Shown here: piece after piece, positions 39,135-47,322 of the stretch | Layout of the letters: the number at the start of each line of letters is the position of its first letter | Position numbering within the stretch: position 1 is the first letter of the stretch | Source of the DNA: an uncultured Clostridia bacterium | GTDB lineage: Bacteria; Bacillota; Clostridia; Oscillospirales; CAG-272 | Direction: 5' to 3' | NCBI GenBank assembly: GCA_947627475.1 | Contig: CANQWE010000003.1 | Coordinates: forward strand, 1,005 to 65,004 | Length of the DNA: 64,000 nucleotides | Made by a program: the position numbers and the translations under genes | The notes under the pieces: generated by a model | Seen by the model: only the letters and a program-made list of their open reading frames with translations | Database searches by the model: none | What the model was told of the DNA's origin: nothing

Positions 39135-39311
39135 ATGCTGTTATGGATCGGCGCAAATATTGGAACGATCCTGGTTGCCTTGGTACTGCTTGCAGCAGTG
39201 GTCGGGATCGTCCTTGTGATGAAAAGAGACAAAAAGCGGGGAAAATCCCCTTGCGGCAACTGCGGCAACTGCGGGCACTGCCCGATGCGCGGCTCCTGTC
39301 ATGGGCCCTGA
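39135..39311 (+). CDS. FeoB-associated Cys-rich small membrane protein (58 aa, absent from ORF track)
   Basis: Own translation: MLLWIGANIGTILVALVLLAAVVGIVLVMKRDKKRGKSPCGNCGNCGHCPMRGSCHGP*. It has one TM segment and a CxxCxxCxxC tail, and begins 4 nt after the feoB stop. Confidence 0.7.
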   Translation: MLLWIGANIGTILVALVLLAAVVGIVLVMKRDKKRGKSPCGNCGNCGHCPMRGSCHGP

Positions 39312-39437
39312 CAAAAATAGGGAGACGCAAGCGCTTCTTGCGTCTCCTGCAGAGTCTGCGGCAGGATTTGACAGCATTGGATACAGAAATAAAAGAAATA
39401 CAGCCATTGGTAAAAATGGCTGATTCTGTTCCCAAAC

Positions 39438-39455
39438 GGTTAGCGTATGCTAACC
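39438..39455. promoter_or_regulatory. Operator variant GGTTAGCGTATGCTAACC (copy 4)
   Basis: Same palindrome, 16 nt upstream of the DUF2325 gene start. Confidence 0.55.
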
Positions 39456-39471
39456 AAAAAGGAGATAGAGC

Positions 39472-39759
39472 ATGAGCGTAGTAATTGTGGGCGGCAATGA
39501 AAGAATGGTTCGCCAGTATAAGGATTTGTGCAGCGCATACAACTGCAAAGCAAAGGTGTATCCGAAAATGGGGGGCAACATGAAAAATATCGGAAGGCCG
39601 GATCTGCTGGTGTTGTTTACCAACACAGTCTCCCATAAGATGATATACTGTGCCCTGCAGGAAACAAAGGGGCAGAAGGTGCGGATCGCACGTTCTCATA
39701 CAAGCTCCATCTGCGCCCTGAAAAATATTTTAGAAGCGCATGTTCCGTGCAATGCGTAA
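39472..39759 (+). CDS. DUF2325-like small protein
   Basis: VVIVGGNERMVRQYKDLC...DLLVLFTNTVSHKM pattern, recognised from memory of the family. RBS AAAGGAGA. Confidence 0.65.
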   Translation: MSVVIVGGNERMVRQYKDLCSAYNCKAKVYPKMGGNMKNIGRPDLLVLFTNTVSHKMIYCALQETKGQKVRIARSHTSSICALKNILEAHVPCNA

Positions 39760-39770
39760 AAGGAGGCAAT

Positions 39771-40331
39771 GTGTCAGAGGAGTTAATCATCCGCCATTGC
39801 GCCCCTACGCTGGCAGGAATGAAAACGGGGAATCTGTTCGCCTGCAGCTTTGCCGACGCAGAGGACATGAAACAACATCTGCGGCGCATCAATGGCATTT
39901 TTGCGGGAAAGGATCTGCGGATCCTGCCGCTGCGCTTTCAGAACAAGCAGGCGCTGATTTATGTATATCGGCCGGCAAAGCTTTCGGCGGATCTGCGGGG
40001 GGATGCTGCCTGCCGGCTGCTGCAGCAGCGCGGCTATACGCCACAGGCGCCTGGGCGGTGTATCGTAGAGCTGATCCGGCGCCTGCAAAGCGGGGGCGCA
40101 TTTCCCCATGAAATTGGCCTGTTTTTGGGGTATCCGCCGGAGGATGTACATGGATTTATTGAAAATAAGGCGCAGGGATACAAGTGCGCAGGCGGCTGGA
40201 AGGTATACGGCGACGTCCAGGCGGCGGAAAAGCGTTTTGCAAAATATCAGAAATGTACAAATATTTATTGTGCGCTGCATGCAAAAGGGCGATCCATTGA
40301 AAATCTTGCAGTAGCCGTGAAAACCATATAA
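39771..40331 (+). CDS. DUF3793-like protein
   Basis: HCAPTLAGMKTGNLF...FPHEIGLFLGYPPEDVHGFI pattern. GTG start after AGGAGG. Confidence 0.6.
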   Translation: MSEELIIRHCAPTLAGMKTGNLFACSFADAEDMKQHLRRINGIFAGKDLRILPLRFQNKQALIYVYRPAKLSADLRGDAACRLLQQRGYTPQAPGRCIVELIRRLQSGGAFPHEIGLFLGYPPEDVHGFIENKAQGYKCAGGWKVYGDVQAAEKRFAKYQKCTNIYCALHAKGRSIENLAVAVKTI

Positions 40332-40354
40332 ATAGCATAAGGAGATTGATGCAA

Positions 40355-40777
40355 ATGGGTAAAATTGCGATCGTTTATTGGAGTGGAACTGGAAATACAG
40401 AGGCAATGGCGGCCGCGGTACAGGCGGGCGCGAAAGGCAAGGGCGCAGAGACGGCACTGCTTACCGCAGAGGAGTTCGATGCCTCTATGATGGACGGATT
40501 CGACGCGGTTGCGTTTGGCTGCCCGTCAATGGGGGCGGAGCAGCTGGAGGAAAGCGTGTTCGAGCCTATGTTCTCCGCTTGCGAGTCTAAGCTAAAGGGA
40601 AAAAAGATTGCTCTGTTCGGCTCTTACGGATGGGGAGATGGAGAGTGGATGCGCACATGGGAGGAGACCTGCGTTTCCGACGGCGCGGTGCTTGCATGCG
40701 ACGCCGTCATCTGCAACGAAGCTCCGGACGATGCCGGACTGGACGCCTGCAGAGCGCTTGGCGCGGCTTTGGCTTGA
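40355..40777 (+). CDS. Short-chain flavodoxin
   Basis: IAIVYWSGTGNTEAMA is an FMN-binding loop, and FGSYGWGDGEWM is also present. The start could instead be the ATG at 40349. Confidence 0.88.
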   Translation: MGKIAIVYWSGTGNTEAMAAAVQAGAKGKGAETALLTAEEFDASMMDGFDAVAFGCPSMGAEQLEESVFEPMFSACESKLKGKKIALFGSYGWGDGEWMRTWEETCVSDGAVLACDAVICNEAPDDAGLDACRALGAALA

Positions 40778-40780
40778 TCC

Positions 40781-41029
40781 ATGGTAAAAATCACATTGCA
40801 GATTGCGGGGATGGCCTGCGGAATGTGCGAGTCTCACATCAATGACGCGATCCGCAAGGCGTTTCCTGTAAAAAAGGTCGCTTCTTCCTATAAAAAAGGA
40901 ATGACGGTGATCCTATCGGAAAATCCATTGGAGGACCGGGTCCTGGAACGCACGATCGGGCAGACGGGGTACCAGGTGCTGTCTGTCAGAACAGAGGTAT
41001 ATGAGAAAAAGGGGTTGTTTGGCCGATGA
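40781..41029 (+). CDS. Heavy-metal-associated (HMA) domain protein
   Basis: ITLQIAGMACGMCESHI contains a GMxCxxC metal-binding motif. Confidence 0.8.
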   Translation: MVKITLQIAGMACGMCESHINDAIRKAFPVKKVASSYKKGMTVILSENPLEDRVLERTIGQTGYQVLSVRTEVYEKKGLFGR

Positions 41030-41133
41030 GGAAAAGGCATGGCAGTGAAAAACAGGCCCCCTGACAGGGGGGAAGCGCAGCCGCATTTACAAAGCTTTGA
41101 TACAGCCTGCATATTAGCCGCGCAAGCGTGAAA

Positions 41134-41163
41134 TAAAAAAAGCCGCAGCCGCGGCTTTTTTTA
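41134..41163. terminator. Bidirectional intrinsic terminator
   Basis: AAAAAAAGCCGC-AGCC-GCGGCTTTTTTT lies between convergent genes. Confidence 0.8.
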
Positions 41164-41164
41164 T

Positions 41165-44100
41165 TTATACCTGCCCGGTAAGCATGGGAACTTCCAGATA
41201 CTTGTGCTCAAAATCTGCCATGGGGATGGGCTTATTATAAAGATACCCCTGGGCAAAGGTGCAGCCGAATGCCTTCAGGATCTCCAGCTGTTCCTGTTCT
41301 TCTACGCCTTCTGCAATACTGTCGATCTTCATCTCCTTACAGGCATAGATCAGATTTTTTACCAGCAGGCGGGTGGCAGGATTGGAATATAAATCATTGA
41401 TTACGCTTTTGTCAAACTTCAGGCCGTGGAGGGGCAGGGAGGTCAAAATCGAAATGTTGCTGTACTGTGATCCGAAGTCATCCAGATACAGCCGGTATCC
41501 GCACGCAACAATCTGTTGACTGACCTCGATCAGCCTTCTTCGCTCCATATCTCCTGCACTTTCTGTAATTTCAATCCCCAAAGAAGAACGCTCCACTTTG
41601 TATTTATCCACGACCTCGTTGATTTTATCCACGATGTTTTCTTCTGCCAGGGTATATCGGGAAAAATTCAGAGTAACGGGAAGGGTAGGCAGTCCCCGCT
41701 TTTTCCAGGAGCACACCATGGCGCACACGCTTTCCAGTACAAAGAAATCAATATGGCGGATATTGTTTCCCGCCTCGAGTTGGGGGATAAATTTTGCCGG
41801 GGTCACCACGCCGTGCTTCTCGTCCACATATCGCACCAGGGCTTCCACCCCGCAGATTTTTCCGCTGGAAATTTGTGCCTTAGGCTGCAGGTAAACCTGA
41901 AACTGATGCTCCTGCAGCGCCTTTTTCAGACGCTGCAGGCGAATAGCCCGCAGACGACTGTCCATCGTTGTGCATTCCTTTCTCTTTTGCTTGGCCAGAG
42001 AAAGATTGTCATAGGCGTGGCTTTGCAGCTGACTAGGCTCAATATCCACATCTGTCCAGGCACTGCCTATAATGATGCTGCCCGGATATTCCCTGTCCAT
42101 CTTCTGCTGGAGCCTATGGGTCTGGGAAAAAAACGATTCATAGGTGATATCCTGACAGAGCACTGCAAAAGAGTCTCCCGACAGACGGAAGGCCGTTTGG
42201 TTTGGGAAAATTTCCTGCAGATTGCGGGCAAGGGACTGAAGCAGACGGTCGCCGGAATCAACACCATATTCCAGGTTCAAAAGATGTAGGTGATGGATGT
42301 CAATCATGAGGATACCCAAAGAGGAGATTGCATCCGGATGGATTTTGGAAAAGCATTGGGTATAACTTTTCCAATTCAGCAGTCCTGTGGCGGGGTCATG
42401 CCTATCCACAAAGCATTGCTTTTCCCGCATATTCCGCTTGCTGATTTCATTTTGCATAAAATAGGAAAGAGATTTGAGCAAGGTAGTGTTGTCCAGATTG
42501 CTTCTGGGGTTTTCGATTCCGATATAGCCAACAAGGCTGCCGTCTTCATCGAACACTGCGGCTGCCGCGAAGGAGATGACCCCTTTTTCCTGCAGCACGG
42601 AATATTTTACAGGGTACAGATCCCGCATTTGCTCCAGACTGTTGAACAAGGCTACCCGCACTGTGCGAAGCCCGCAAAGCCACCTATGCAGATCGCTTTG
42701 CTCCAGGCGCTGGTTTTCTCCTGTTATGACTGAGGCCTGGGGAGAGTGCCAATCCTTGTCGGAGATCAAAACGGTGCGCATGTCCTGGCTTTTGGCAAAG
42801 TATGCCCGGTCCGCTTCATAAAATTTTCCCAGGTTCTCCATGACCGCCTGAATGGCTGCATCCAGAGAGCAGGTGGTGAGCAGGATAGATATACATTCCA
42901 GAAGCACTTTTTCTGCCTTTATCTTGGCTTCCATAAGAAATTCTCTGCGGGACATATCGGTGAAGATTTCCAGCCGTACCCGTCTGTTGTCCCAGCGGAT
43001 GATCTTATCCCGGATCATAAAGCGCTTGTGGAGGCGGGTATTTCGGTGCTCCCATATTTTGAATTCCTTGTCGCCGGGCAGGTGACTCTGACAAAATACA
43101 CAGGGATGGGAGAAGCCTTGGAGAATATCGTAACATTTTTTGCCGTGATAGTCTTCAATATCAAAGGTTTTGCGGGCTACCTGATTCATAAACAGCACAT
43201 CGTGGGTGGCGTCATCGATAACGAAAACAGAGTCGTCCACATGGTCGATCATACATTGCTCGCCCAGATGCTGCCGGGCCACACAGCCGTCCCGCAGTAT
43301 ATAGGTTTGGTGCAGGGGCGCTTGTGTGTCCTGAAAGTAGACGTAAGTGGCTTTTCCTCCGGATTTGGCCTGATATAGCGCCGCGTCTGCCTGCTGAAAC
43401 ATTTCTTTGAAATTTGCATCCTTGCAGGGAGCGGTGACCAGTCCCACCGAAGCGGAGGTATACAGCGTTTTTCCGTCCACTACATACTGTACATTGAGCC
43501 TTTGACAGATCTGTTCTGCCAGATCAGTGGCCCACTGTTTATTGGGCACTCCGTCTGCGTAAATCAGAAATTCATCACCGCCCAGCCGGCCGGCAATACA
43601 TTTCCCATATGAATCCTCCCGCAGGATGCGGCCGATTTCCTGGAGAAGCCGATCCCCCACAAAGTGACCGTGCCGGTCGTTTACCTGCTTGAACGCATCC
43701 ATATCGATAATAAAAAGCGCGCACTGATCGGCGCTGCTCTGATGCCGAAACATCCTCTGATGAATCATGGATTCTACGGTTTGCCGGTTGTACAGGCCGG
43801 TAAGCGCATCCCGTTCTGCCCGTTCCTGAAGTGCAAGCTCTGTTTTTTTTCGGTCGTCAATATCCCGGATATATAAAATTCCCACCTGCTCCGCGGTGAC
43901 AGGATCTGAAATGATCATAAGGCGGAAAGCGCACCAAATTATCTGCCCGGTGCGCCTGGTACAACGAAATTCCCCATATATACTGCTTTGATTCTCCATA
44001 GCAGCTCTGGACAGGGCATCCTTGGAAAACTGTTCCAAATACCGCTTTTTATCATTTTTATGAGTAATATGTTCTGCAATACTATAAAAGAGGGATTCAT

Positions 44101-45034
44101 AGGAGAGGATACCCTCCATATTTTCCTTTTCATAAGCATTACTCCATATGTACAGCACCTTGTTGGAGCTCAGATTTACTTTCACAGACAAAAGCATGTC
44201 TGCAGAGAGCATTTCCCGCAGATACTCTTCCTGGTAGTACCGCTGTTCTGCCTCCACCTGAGAAGAAATATCTTCCGACACAGCCACTGCCCGAACAGGC
44301 ACGCCTGTATCGCTCAGGATGTTGGTATAGGTGATCTTCTCCCAGCGATATTTCCGGTCAGCTCCAAGAATACGAATAACGGCGCAGGCTTGCTTTTTTC
44401 CCTGACGCAGCCTTGTATACAAGGCTGCATACTTTTGGGCATCGTCCGGATGAATTACGCGGCTTTCAATCTGACTATCCGGCACATTGGGAATGACGCT
44501 TCCGTTTTTATGGAAGCGCCCTGCTTTTTCGGACTGTATAATACTGCCGGAAGCAAAATCGTATTCCCACACGTTGATCCGCGTCTGCTCAATGGCCGTT
44601 TGAAACCGCTTTTCACTCCAGATCAGCTGCTGTTCATAGTTTTTACGTTCATCGATATTGATCACCATACCGCTGAGCAGGGCTTTTCCATTGGTATAGG
44701 TGAGACCGGCGCTGGCGTGCAGCCATGCGCGCCTGCCGTCTTTTCGCAGCACCCTGTATTCCAGAGTAACAGAAGTCTGCTTTTTATCCATGGCGTCCTG
44801 GAGCTTTTGGGACACCGCTGCGATATCTTCGGGCACTACCACATTATGTGCCTGGTTGTGAAACAGCGTTTCAAATTCTTCTTTTGTGTAACCGTGGAGC
44901 TGATAGTAATAATCGTTTGCGTATAAAAGAGGAAAGCCATCTGTCAGGCTCGCTTGAAATATGCCGCCGATTTGGGCTTGGTCGATAAAAGACAGCACGT
45001 CTGTGCCGGTAATTTGCTTTTCCGTCATACTCAT
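41165..45034 (-). CDS. Multi-PAS GGDEF / degenerate-GGDEF / EAL c-di-GMP turnover protein
   Basis: Active-site RLGGDEFLIY, a second degenerate domain (LSGDSFAVL), and EAL motifs EALVRY, DDFGSQYSN and EGVEEQEQ. The start was chosen at MSMTEKQ (45034), just after the upstream small ORF. The track start is 45130. Confidence 0.88.
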   Translation of the reverse strand: MSMTEKQITGTDVLSFIDQAQIGGIFQASLTDGFPLLYANDYYYQLHGYTKEEFETLFHNQAHNVVVPEDIAAVSQKLQDAMDKKQTSVTLEYRVLRKDGRRAWLHASAGLTYTNGKALLSGMVINIDERKNYEQQLIWSEKRFQTAIEQTRINVWEYDFASGSIIQSEKAGRFHKNGSVIPNVPDSQIESRVIHPDDAQKYAALYTRLRQGKKQACAVIRILGADRKYRWEKITYTNILSDTGVPVRAVAVSEDISSQVEAEQRYYQEEYLREMLSADMLLSVKVNLSSNKVLYIWSNAYEKENMEGILSYESLFYSIAEHITHKNDKKRYLEQFSKDALSRAAMENQSSIYGEFRCTRRTGQIIWCAFRLMIISDPVTAEQVGILYIRDIDDRKKTELALQERAERDALTGLYNRQTVESMIHQRMFRHQSSADQCALFIIDMDAFKQVNDRHGHFVGDRLLQEIGRILREDSYGKCIAGRLGGDEFLIYADGVPNKQWATDLAEQICQRLNVQYVVDGKTLYTSASVGLVTAPCKDANFKEMFQQADAALYQAKSGGKATYVYFQDTQAPLHQTYILRDGCVARQHLGEQCMIDHVDDSVFVIDDATHDVLFMNQVARKTFDIEDYHGKKCYDILQGFSHPCVFCQSHLPGDKEFKIWEHRNTRLHKRFMIRDKIIRWDNRRVRLEIFTDMSRREFLMEAKIKAEKVLLECISILLTTCSLDAAIQAVMENLGKFYEADRAYFAKSQDMRTVLISDKDWHSPQASVITGENQRLEQSDLHRWLCGLRTVRVALFNSLEQMRDLYPVKYSVLQEKGVISFAAAAVFDEDGSLVGYIGIENPRSNLDNTTLLKSLSYFMQNEISKRNMREKQCFVDRHDPATGLLNWKSYTQCFSKIHPDAISSLGILMIDIHHLHLLNLEYGVDSGDRLLQSLARNLQEIFPNQTAFRLSGDSFAVLCQDITYESFFSQTHRLQQKMDREYPGSIIIGSAWTDVDIEPSQLQSHAYDNLSLAKQKRKECTTMDSRLRAIRLQRLKKALQEHQFQVYLQPKAQISSGKICGVEALVRYVDEKHGVVTPAKFIPQLEAGNNIRHIDFFVLESVCAMVCSWKKRGLPTLPVTLNFSRYTLAEENIVDKINEVVDKYKVERSSLGIEITESAGDMERRRLIEVSQQIVACGYRLYLDDFGSQYSNISILTSLPLHGLKFDKSVINDLYSNPATRLLVKNLIYACKEMKIDSIAEGVEEQEQLEILKAFGCTFAQGYLYNKPIPMADFEHKYLEVPMLTGQV

Positions 45035-45051
45035 CTCACTTGTTTGGGTTA

Positions 45052-45261
45052 TTATGCATCCCCAGCTGCTCCCAAAAAGTCCTGCACTACATCCATAAGA
45101 TGAAGGGAGGATAGGGAAGTGCGGTTGCACAGGATGACCAGTTTTTCCATTGCGCTTCTATCACAGGTCACGTCTTCAATAGTTATCTGCTCATTTGCGA
45201 TTCCATAGCCGGTATAAACAGTGTTCTCGCAGCAGTACGATCCTTCAGTCAAGTGATACAT
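45052..45261 (-). CDS. Small conserved hypothetical protein (69 aa)
   Basis: First ORF downstream of the riboswitch terminator. The ..YGIANEQITIEDVTCDRSAMEKLVILCNRTSLSSLHLMDVVQDFL pattern resembles a small Clostridia-specific family. The assignment is uncertain. Confidence 0.5.
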   Translation of the reverse strand: MYHLTEGSYCCENTVYTGYGIANEQITIEDVTCDRSAMEKLVILCNRTSLSSLHLMDVVQDFLGAAGDA

Positions 45262-45285
45262 GAAAGTCTACCAATCCTGTCGTTA

Positions 45286-45325
45286 CTAAAAAAATAAATG
45301 ACCTGCAGGCGAAAGCTTGCAGGTC
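45286..45325 (-). terminator. Intrinsic terminator acting as riboswitch expression platform
   Basis: Minus strand reads GACCTGCAAG-CTTTCG-CCTGCAGGTC followed by ATTTATTTTTTT, 25 nt upstream of the 45261 start codon. Confidence 0.75.
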
Positions 45326-45339
45326 AACAGTACCCATCG

Positions 45340-45465
45340 CAAAAAACAATATAGCACTACAATACATGCAGTGCATCCATTGCTGCAACTGGCTGTCATG
45401 TCAGAGACGAAGACCCTATAGCTTTGCGTCGCCGATTTTCATCGGGTTTGCCAAATATTATTTTT
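45340..45465 (-). promoter_or_regulatory. c-di-GMP-I (GEMM-I) riboswitch
   Basis: Minus strand reads GGCAAACCCGAUGAAAAUCGGCGACGCAAAGCUAUAGGG. This matches the GEMM-I core (GGCAAAC, a GAAA tetraloop hairpin and ACGCAAAGC), for example Vc2 GGCAAACCAUUCGAAAGAGUGGGACGCAAAGCC. The 3' boundary is approximate. Confidence 0.85.
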
Positions 45466-45468
45466 ATC

Positions 45469-45497
45469 AATGTACCATATTTGGTATAATTTGTCAA
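45469..45497 (-). promoter_or_regulatory. Promoter of the riboswitch-controlled unit
   Basis: Minus strand has TTGACA (45497..45492), a 17-nt spacer ending in TGG, then TACATT (45474..45469). This places the TSS about 10 nt before GGCAAAC. Confidence 0.5.
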
Positions 45498-45740
45498 TAG
45501 ATAATCTGTATTTTGTTAAAAAATATAATTTAACGCTGCAGATAGTCGGAGGAGAGATATATGAAATTAACTACCACTCAGTCGGCTTCGCCGCCAGCCC
45601 CCGAACAAGGGAGCCTGATATAGGGGTAGCCGCCGGCTCCCGACGAAGAGGGACTTGATATCTATCATGCGTTTTGCCGAATACGCTTACTGAAGTGTGC
45701 CGTAAGTGAAGCGCTGGGGGTGTCGGGGAAGAAAACGAAC

Positions 45741-45782
45741 GAGGAAAAAGAATAGCCCCGCTGAAAACTTTCAACGGGGCTA
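45741..45782 (-). terminator. Minus-strand intrinsic terminator just outside the left inverted repeat
   Basis: Minus strand reads TAGCCCCG-TTGAAAGTTTTCAG-CGGGGCTA followed by TTCTTTTTCC. Confidence 0.6.
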
Positions 45783-45807
45783 AATGTGTAAGATCCGACT
45801 GACAAAA

Positions 45808-45833
45808 TCCCATCGCAGAGTTGACTCATCTAA
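45808..45833. repeat. Left inverted repeat (IR-L), 26 bp
   Basis: TCCCATCGCAGAGTTGACTCATCTAA. Its exact reverse complement is at 47323..47348. Confidence 0.95.
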
Positions 45834-45871
45834 GAGACGATTTTGCACAGCATTTTGCTTATATTTACCGT

Positions 45872-45900
45872 ATTATAACACGATTTAGAAAAAATTGCAA
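45872..45900 (-). promoter_or_regulatory. Outward (leftward) sigma-A-type promoter inside the segment
   Basis: Minus strand has TTGCAA (45900..45895), a 17-nt spacer ending in TGT, then TATAAT (45877..45872), 39 nt from IR-L. Confidence 0.55.
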
Positions 45901-45998
45901 GGAAATTCGTATAAAAATTTTTAAAAAAGTGTGTTTTCTTGTACGTTGAACCGTCTGTACAACCGTCAAATTTATGCTTAATGAAAGGAGACTACGCA

Positions 45999-47102
45999 AT
46001 GTCAAAACGAGGAGAGAATATTTACAAGCGCAAGGACGGCCGGTGGGAGGGCCGGTATGTGAAAAGTCGGGACTCCAGTGGCCGGCCGCGTCTAGGCTAT
46101 GTTTACGGAAAAACTTATCGGGAGACAAAGGAAAAATTATGGAAAGAAAAGATGCAGCCATCCAGCTGCTCCAGCAGCCGCAATCTGTTTTCCCGATACT
46201 GCGACGAATGGCTGCTTCTACGCAGAAATTGCGTGAAACCGTCCACATATATAAAATATCATGGAATGATAAACAGGCAAATTAAGCCCACCCTGGGAAA
46301 GGTGTCCCTACAGCATATGAGCACCGTTTTGGCAGAGGAGTTCAGCCACTCTCTGCTAACAGAGAAAGGGCTTTCTCCGAAAACAGTAAAAGATATCCTT
46401 GTGGTTTTACGCGCCGTTTTACAGCACGCCAAGCGGCAGACGGGAGAGCATTTTCAGATGGAGGTAGTATATCCTAAGGAAAGCAAAAAAGAGATGCGGG
46501 TCATGTCCCTGGAAGAGCAGAAAAGACTTACGGCTTTTTTGCTGCGCGATCCAAGTCCGGATCAATTTGGAATTATGTTGGCTCTCCTTACGGGGATGCG
46601 CATCGGAGAGGTGTGTGCCCTGCGTTGGCGGGATATCTGTTTGGATACCGGAGAAATCCGTGTCCGGGCGACGATGCAGCGGCTGCAAAAATTAGAGCCT
46701 GTGGACGGAAAAAGGACGGAGATCGTGGTAGGAGAGGCAAAAAGCTATGCTTCCTGCCGAACAATTCCGCTGACGGGTACTGCTTTGCAGCTCTGTGGGA
46801 AAATGCGGATGGGCGATCCGAATGCTTTCGTTTTGACCGCCAGGGCAGATCGCTTTATGGAACCCAGAGCCTTGCAATACCGCTTAAAAAAATATACAAA
46901 GGCCTGCGGAATATCCGACATTCACTTCCATACTTTACGGCATACCTTTGCAACCCGCTGTGTTGAAGTGGATTTTGAAGTTAAATCTCTGTCAGAAATA
47001 CTGGGCCATGCAAGCGCCAAGGTCACATTGGACCGGTATGTCCATTCTTCTATAGAATTGAAAAGAAAAAATATGAAAAAATTAGCGGCAGCAGGGTTAT
47101 AA
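45999..47102 (+). CDS. Tyrosine site-specific recombinase (phage-integrase family)
   Basis: N-terminal IYKRKDGRWEGRY arm-type DNA-binding module. Catalytic GMRIGEVCALRWRD (R), HTLRHTFATR (HxxR) and GHASAKVTLDRYVH (H..Y). RBS AAAGGAGA. Confidence 0.9.
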   Translation: MSKRGENIYKRKDGRWEGRYVKSRDSSGRPRLGYVYGKTYRETKEKLWKEKMQPSSCSSSRNLFSRYCDEWLLLRRNCVKPSTYIKYHGMINRQIKPTLGKVSLQHMSTVLAEEFSHSLLTEKGLSPKTVKDILVVLRAVLQHAKRQTGEHFQMEVVYPKESKKEMRVMSLEEQKRLTAFLLRDPSPDQFGIMLALLTGMRIGEVCALRWRDICLDTGEIRVRATMQRLQKLEPVDGKRTEIVVGEAKSYASCRTIPLTGTALQLCGKMRMGDPNAFVLTARADRFMEPRALQYRLKKYTKACGISDIHFHTLRHTFATRCVEVDFEVKSLSEILGHASAKVTLDRYVHSSIELKRKNMKKLAAAGL

Positions 47103-47163
47103 AGACTATTTTTGTGCCGTCAAAATAGGCCGTCAAATTTCTGGAAAAAAAGGAGATTCATGC

Positions 47164-47192
47164 TTGAAAAATAATTTGATGCATGTTATAAT
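47164..47192 (+). promoter_or_regulatory. Outward (rightward) sigma-A-type promoter inside the segment
   Basis: TTGAAA (47164..47169), a 17-nt spacer ending in TGT, then TATAAT (47187..47192), 131 nt from IR-R. It points into the fibre operon. Confidence 0.6.
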
Positions 47193-47322
47193 AATAAAGA
47201 ATATAGGCAGAAGACAATAGATCGTCTCTTGCAGTGCTTTTCCAGAAGCGTTTTGCAGTGCGAGAGCAGAGGGGAATTGTTTGGCTCCTGCTTTTCGGCA
47301 GTAACGTGCGGTTGATCCTGTG

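Noticed and set aside
45333-45341. CCCATCGCA, a 9-nt match to the inverted-repeat core inside the riboswitch expression platform (a possible third recombination site).
   Set aside because: A 9-mer match is expected by chance at about this frequency in 64 kb on two strands, and the flanking bases do not extend the match.
45470-45813. Track ORFs of 62 aa (plus) and 80 aa (minus).
   Set aside because: They overlap promoter, hairpin and terminator elements and have no RBS in the right frame. The region is better explained as regulatory RNA or DNA.
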